Source: Prevotellaceae bacterium UBA3646 (GTDB lineage: Bacteria > Bacteroidota > Bacteroidia > Bacteroidales > Bacteroidaceae). From it: a stretch of 31,336 nt of DNA. Below, piece by piece: positions 30,009-31,336 of this stretch. Under the pieces are notes generated by a model. That model had not been told where the DNA came from. It did not search any database and was given only the letters and a program-made list of their open reading frames with translations. The translations under genes and the position numbers were made by a program. The stretch's first letter is position 1. Every line of letters begins with the position of its first letter. The stretch lies in assembly GCA_002373535.1 (NCBI GenBank), contig DFKL01000076.1, positions 1-31,336 on the forward strand. Reading direction: 5' to 3'.

Positions 30009-31151
30009 ATGCAAGAAATGGACAGCAACGCCAACATACTGATGCTCACCTTTGCCTGCTGCACCATGGCACACGCCGTGGCCACCGCAGTTATGGCAAT
30101 ATACGCACGCTACAAGGTCCAATACCTCAGTCTCGCATGGATTATGGGCGTCTTCACCGCCATCCTGCTTGTCATTACCCCCTACAGCACCAGCATAGCC
30201 CACGGACACCCCGGTCTCCTGCACCCCGGCATGCTGCTCATGTTCGTCGTCGGCAGCTACCTGCAGAGCATCTATACCTTCGGCTTCACCATGCCAGGAT
30301 TCCTGCAGTGGGAACGCATGTGGGGCTATGCAGCCCCCATCATCATCCTGGCCCTCGTCTCCCTTGTAGCCTTCTATCCCTTCGGCAGCCTCACCAAGGT
30401 CTATACCATTTCCGAACTCCTCGACAACATCCTCTCCCCCGAGCTCATACTACGCATCATAGCACTTGTCATGGGTATCTACTACGTCATCAACATCTTC
30501 CGCCTTCCCCACCGCATGGCCTACAAGACCACCATACCCCCATACCTTGTCAGGTACTGCACGTTGCTCGGCCTCAGCTCCATACTCTACATCTACGTAT
30601 GTTTCAACTACAGCCCCGTCGGCCTATGCTGGTACGTAGCCGTTTTCTCCGCCATCAACCTCTATCTCGTCTTTCAGACCCTGGACAACATGGCACGCAC
30701 GCTGCCCCCGCCCCACATAGTCACCGAAGACGGCACCATCGAGGAAGACCCCGATGAAACCAGCCAAAATGACGACGAGGCCGAGGCACGCCGTCAGGAA
30801 GACTTCAACGAGAAGAACCTCCACTACTATCACCGTATACAGCATTGGATGCAGACCCACCGCAACGACTGGTGCGACTACACCTTCAACCGCGACCGCC
30901 TGTGCGAGGAGACCGGCATCAACCGTCAGCTCATACTCCAGTGCCTGCGCAGCCAGGGCTACAACAACGTACACGAATACATCACCATCTATCGCGTGCA
31001 GGAACTCAAGAACCTCATCAAGTCCGGACAGATGCAGACAGCCACCGAGAGCGACCTCGCCGGCTTCGCCACCGCCAAGACCGCCCGCCTCAGCTTCCAG
31101 CGCATCTACGGCATCAGCCTCGACCAGTACATCTCCCAGCACGCCAAGTAA
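30009..31151 (+). CDS. Membrane-embedded AraC-like transcriptional regulator (about 7 TM segments, acidic linker, HTH)
   Basis: Seven hydrophobic segments in aa ~10-225; acidic linker EEDPDETSQNDDE; AraC-like C-terminus RDRLCEETGINRQ...YITIYRVQELK...AGFATAKTARLSFQRIYGISLDQY. Alternative start at 30018. Confidence 0.78.
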   Translation: MQEMDSNANILMLTFACCTMAHAVATAVMAIYARYKVQYLSLAWIMGVFTAILLVITPYSTSIAHGHPGLLHPGMLLMFVVGSYLQSIYTFGFTMPGFLQWERMWGYAAPIIILALVSLVAFYPFGSLTKVYTISELLDNILSPELILRIIALVMGIYYVINIFRLPHRMAYKTTIPPYLVRYCTLLGLSSILYIYVCFNYSPVGLCWYVAVFSAINLYLVFQTLDNMARTLPPPHIVTEDGTIEEDPDETSQNDDEAEARRQEDFNEKNLHYYHRIQHWMQTHRNDWCDYTFNRDRLCEETGINRQLILQCLRSQGYNNVHEYITIYRVQELKNLIKSGQMQTATESDLAGFATAKTARLSFQRIYGISLDQYISQHAK

Positions 31152-31268
31152 GGCCGATCCGCACGCCCGGCATCCCTCAAATCCCACGGCTTTATCATGT
31201 CTCTGTCTACAAAAAATCTTTACACCCTTTCCCGGGGATATCAGAAAGACGCCAATTTTTTATACCTG

Positions 31269-31293
31269 TAACCCACTGATATTCAAACAGTTT
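31269..31293. promoter_or_regulatory. Dyad with IHF-consensus-like half sites
   Basis: AAC-N4-TGA-TAT-TCA-N4-GTT (31270-31292). Minus strand 31281-31269 reads TATCAGTGGGTTA, matching WATCARNNNNTTR. Confidence 0.45.
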
Positions 31294-31303
31294 ACTACAC
31301 TTC

Positions 31304-31336
31304 ACCGCTATATCGCCGGCTAAAGACCGGCTAAAG
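31304..31336 (+). repeat. Start of a short direct-repeat array truncated by the window edge
   Basis: CCGGCTAAAG at 31316-31325 and 31327-31336 (11-bp period), preceded by a degenerate copy CCGCTATATCG. Confidence 0.6.

Noticed and set aside
19537-31151. Interpreting the operon as a polysaccharide utilisation locus
   Set aside because: No SusC/TonB-dependent transporter, SusD or recognisable CAZyme catalytic motif.
26797-31187. Long minus-strand ORFs (26797-27327, 29053-29982, 30624-31187) rich in V/G/D
   Set aside because: Expected by-product of C-ending codon bias on the plus strand, which removes antisense stop codons.
31304-31336. Terminal repeats as a CRISPR array
   Set aside because: Units are 10-11 bp and adjacent with no spacers; only a leader-like role remains possible and needs downstream sequence.

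Overview
Bacteroidales (probably Prevotellaceae-like) chromosomal window with two parts. Left (1-19.4 kb) is housekeeping: gyrB (minus strand, runs off the left edge and is absent from the ORF track), rpsT, tRNA-Glu(TTC), recO, a complete Bacteroidetes-order dcw operon on the minus strand (mraZ-rsmH-ftsL-ftsI-murE-mraY-murD-ftsW-murG-murC-ftsQ-ftsA-ftsZ, no murF) and a divergent secreted cyclophilin. Right (19.5-31.2 kb) is a five-gene, plus-strand cell-surface locus of unknown function: a 1007-aa lipoprotein with two PCMD-like domains and four Ig-like repeats; a translationally coupled outer-membrane beta-barrel; two mosaic secreted paralogs (968 and 1195 aa) combining PCMD-like, calycin-like and unassigned repeat modules with T9SS-type C-termini; and a 7-TM AraC-like regulator. 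Across this operon the coding strand becomes progressively richer in C and poorer in T at third codon positions. The last 70 bp hold an IHF-like dyad and the start of an ~11-bp direct-repeat array, suggesting a recombination/replication-type site at or beyond the right edge. Domain and family calls come from motif recognition by eye, not database searches.
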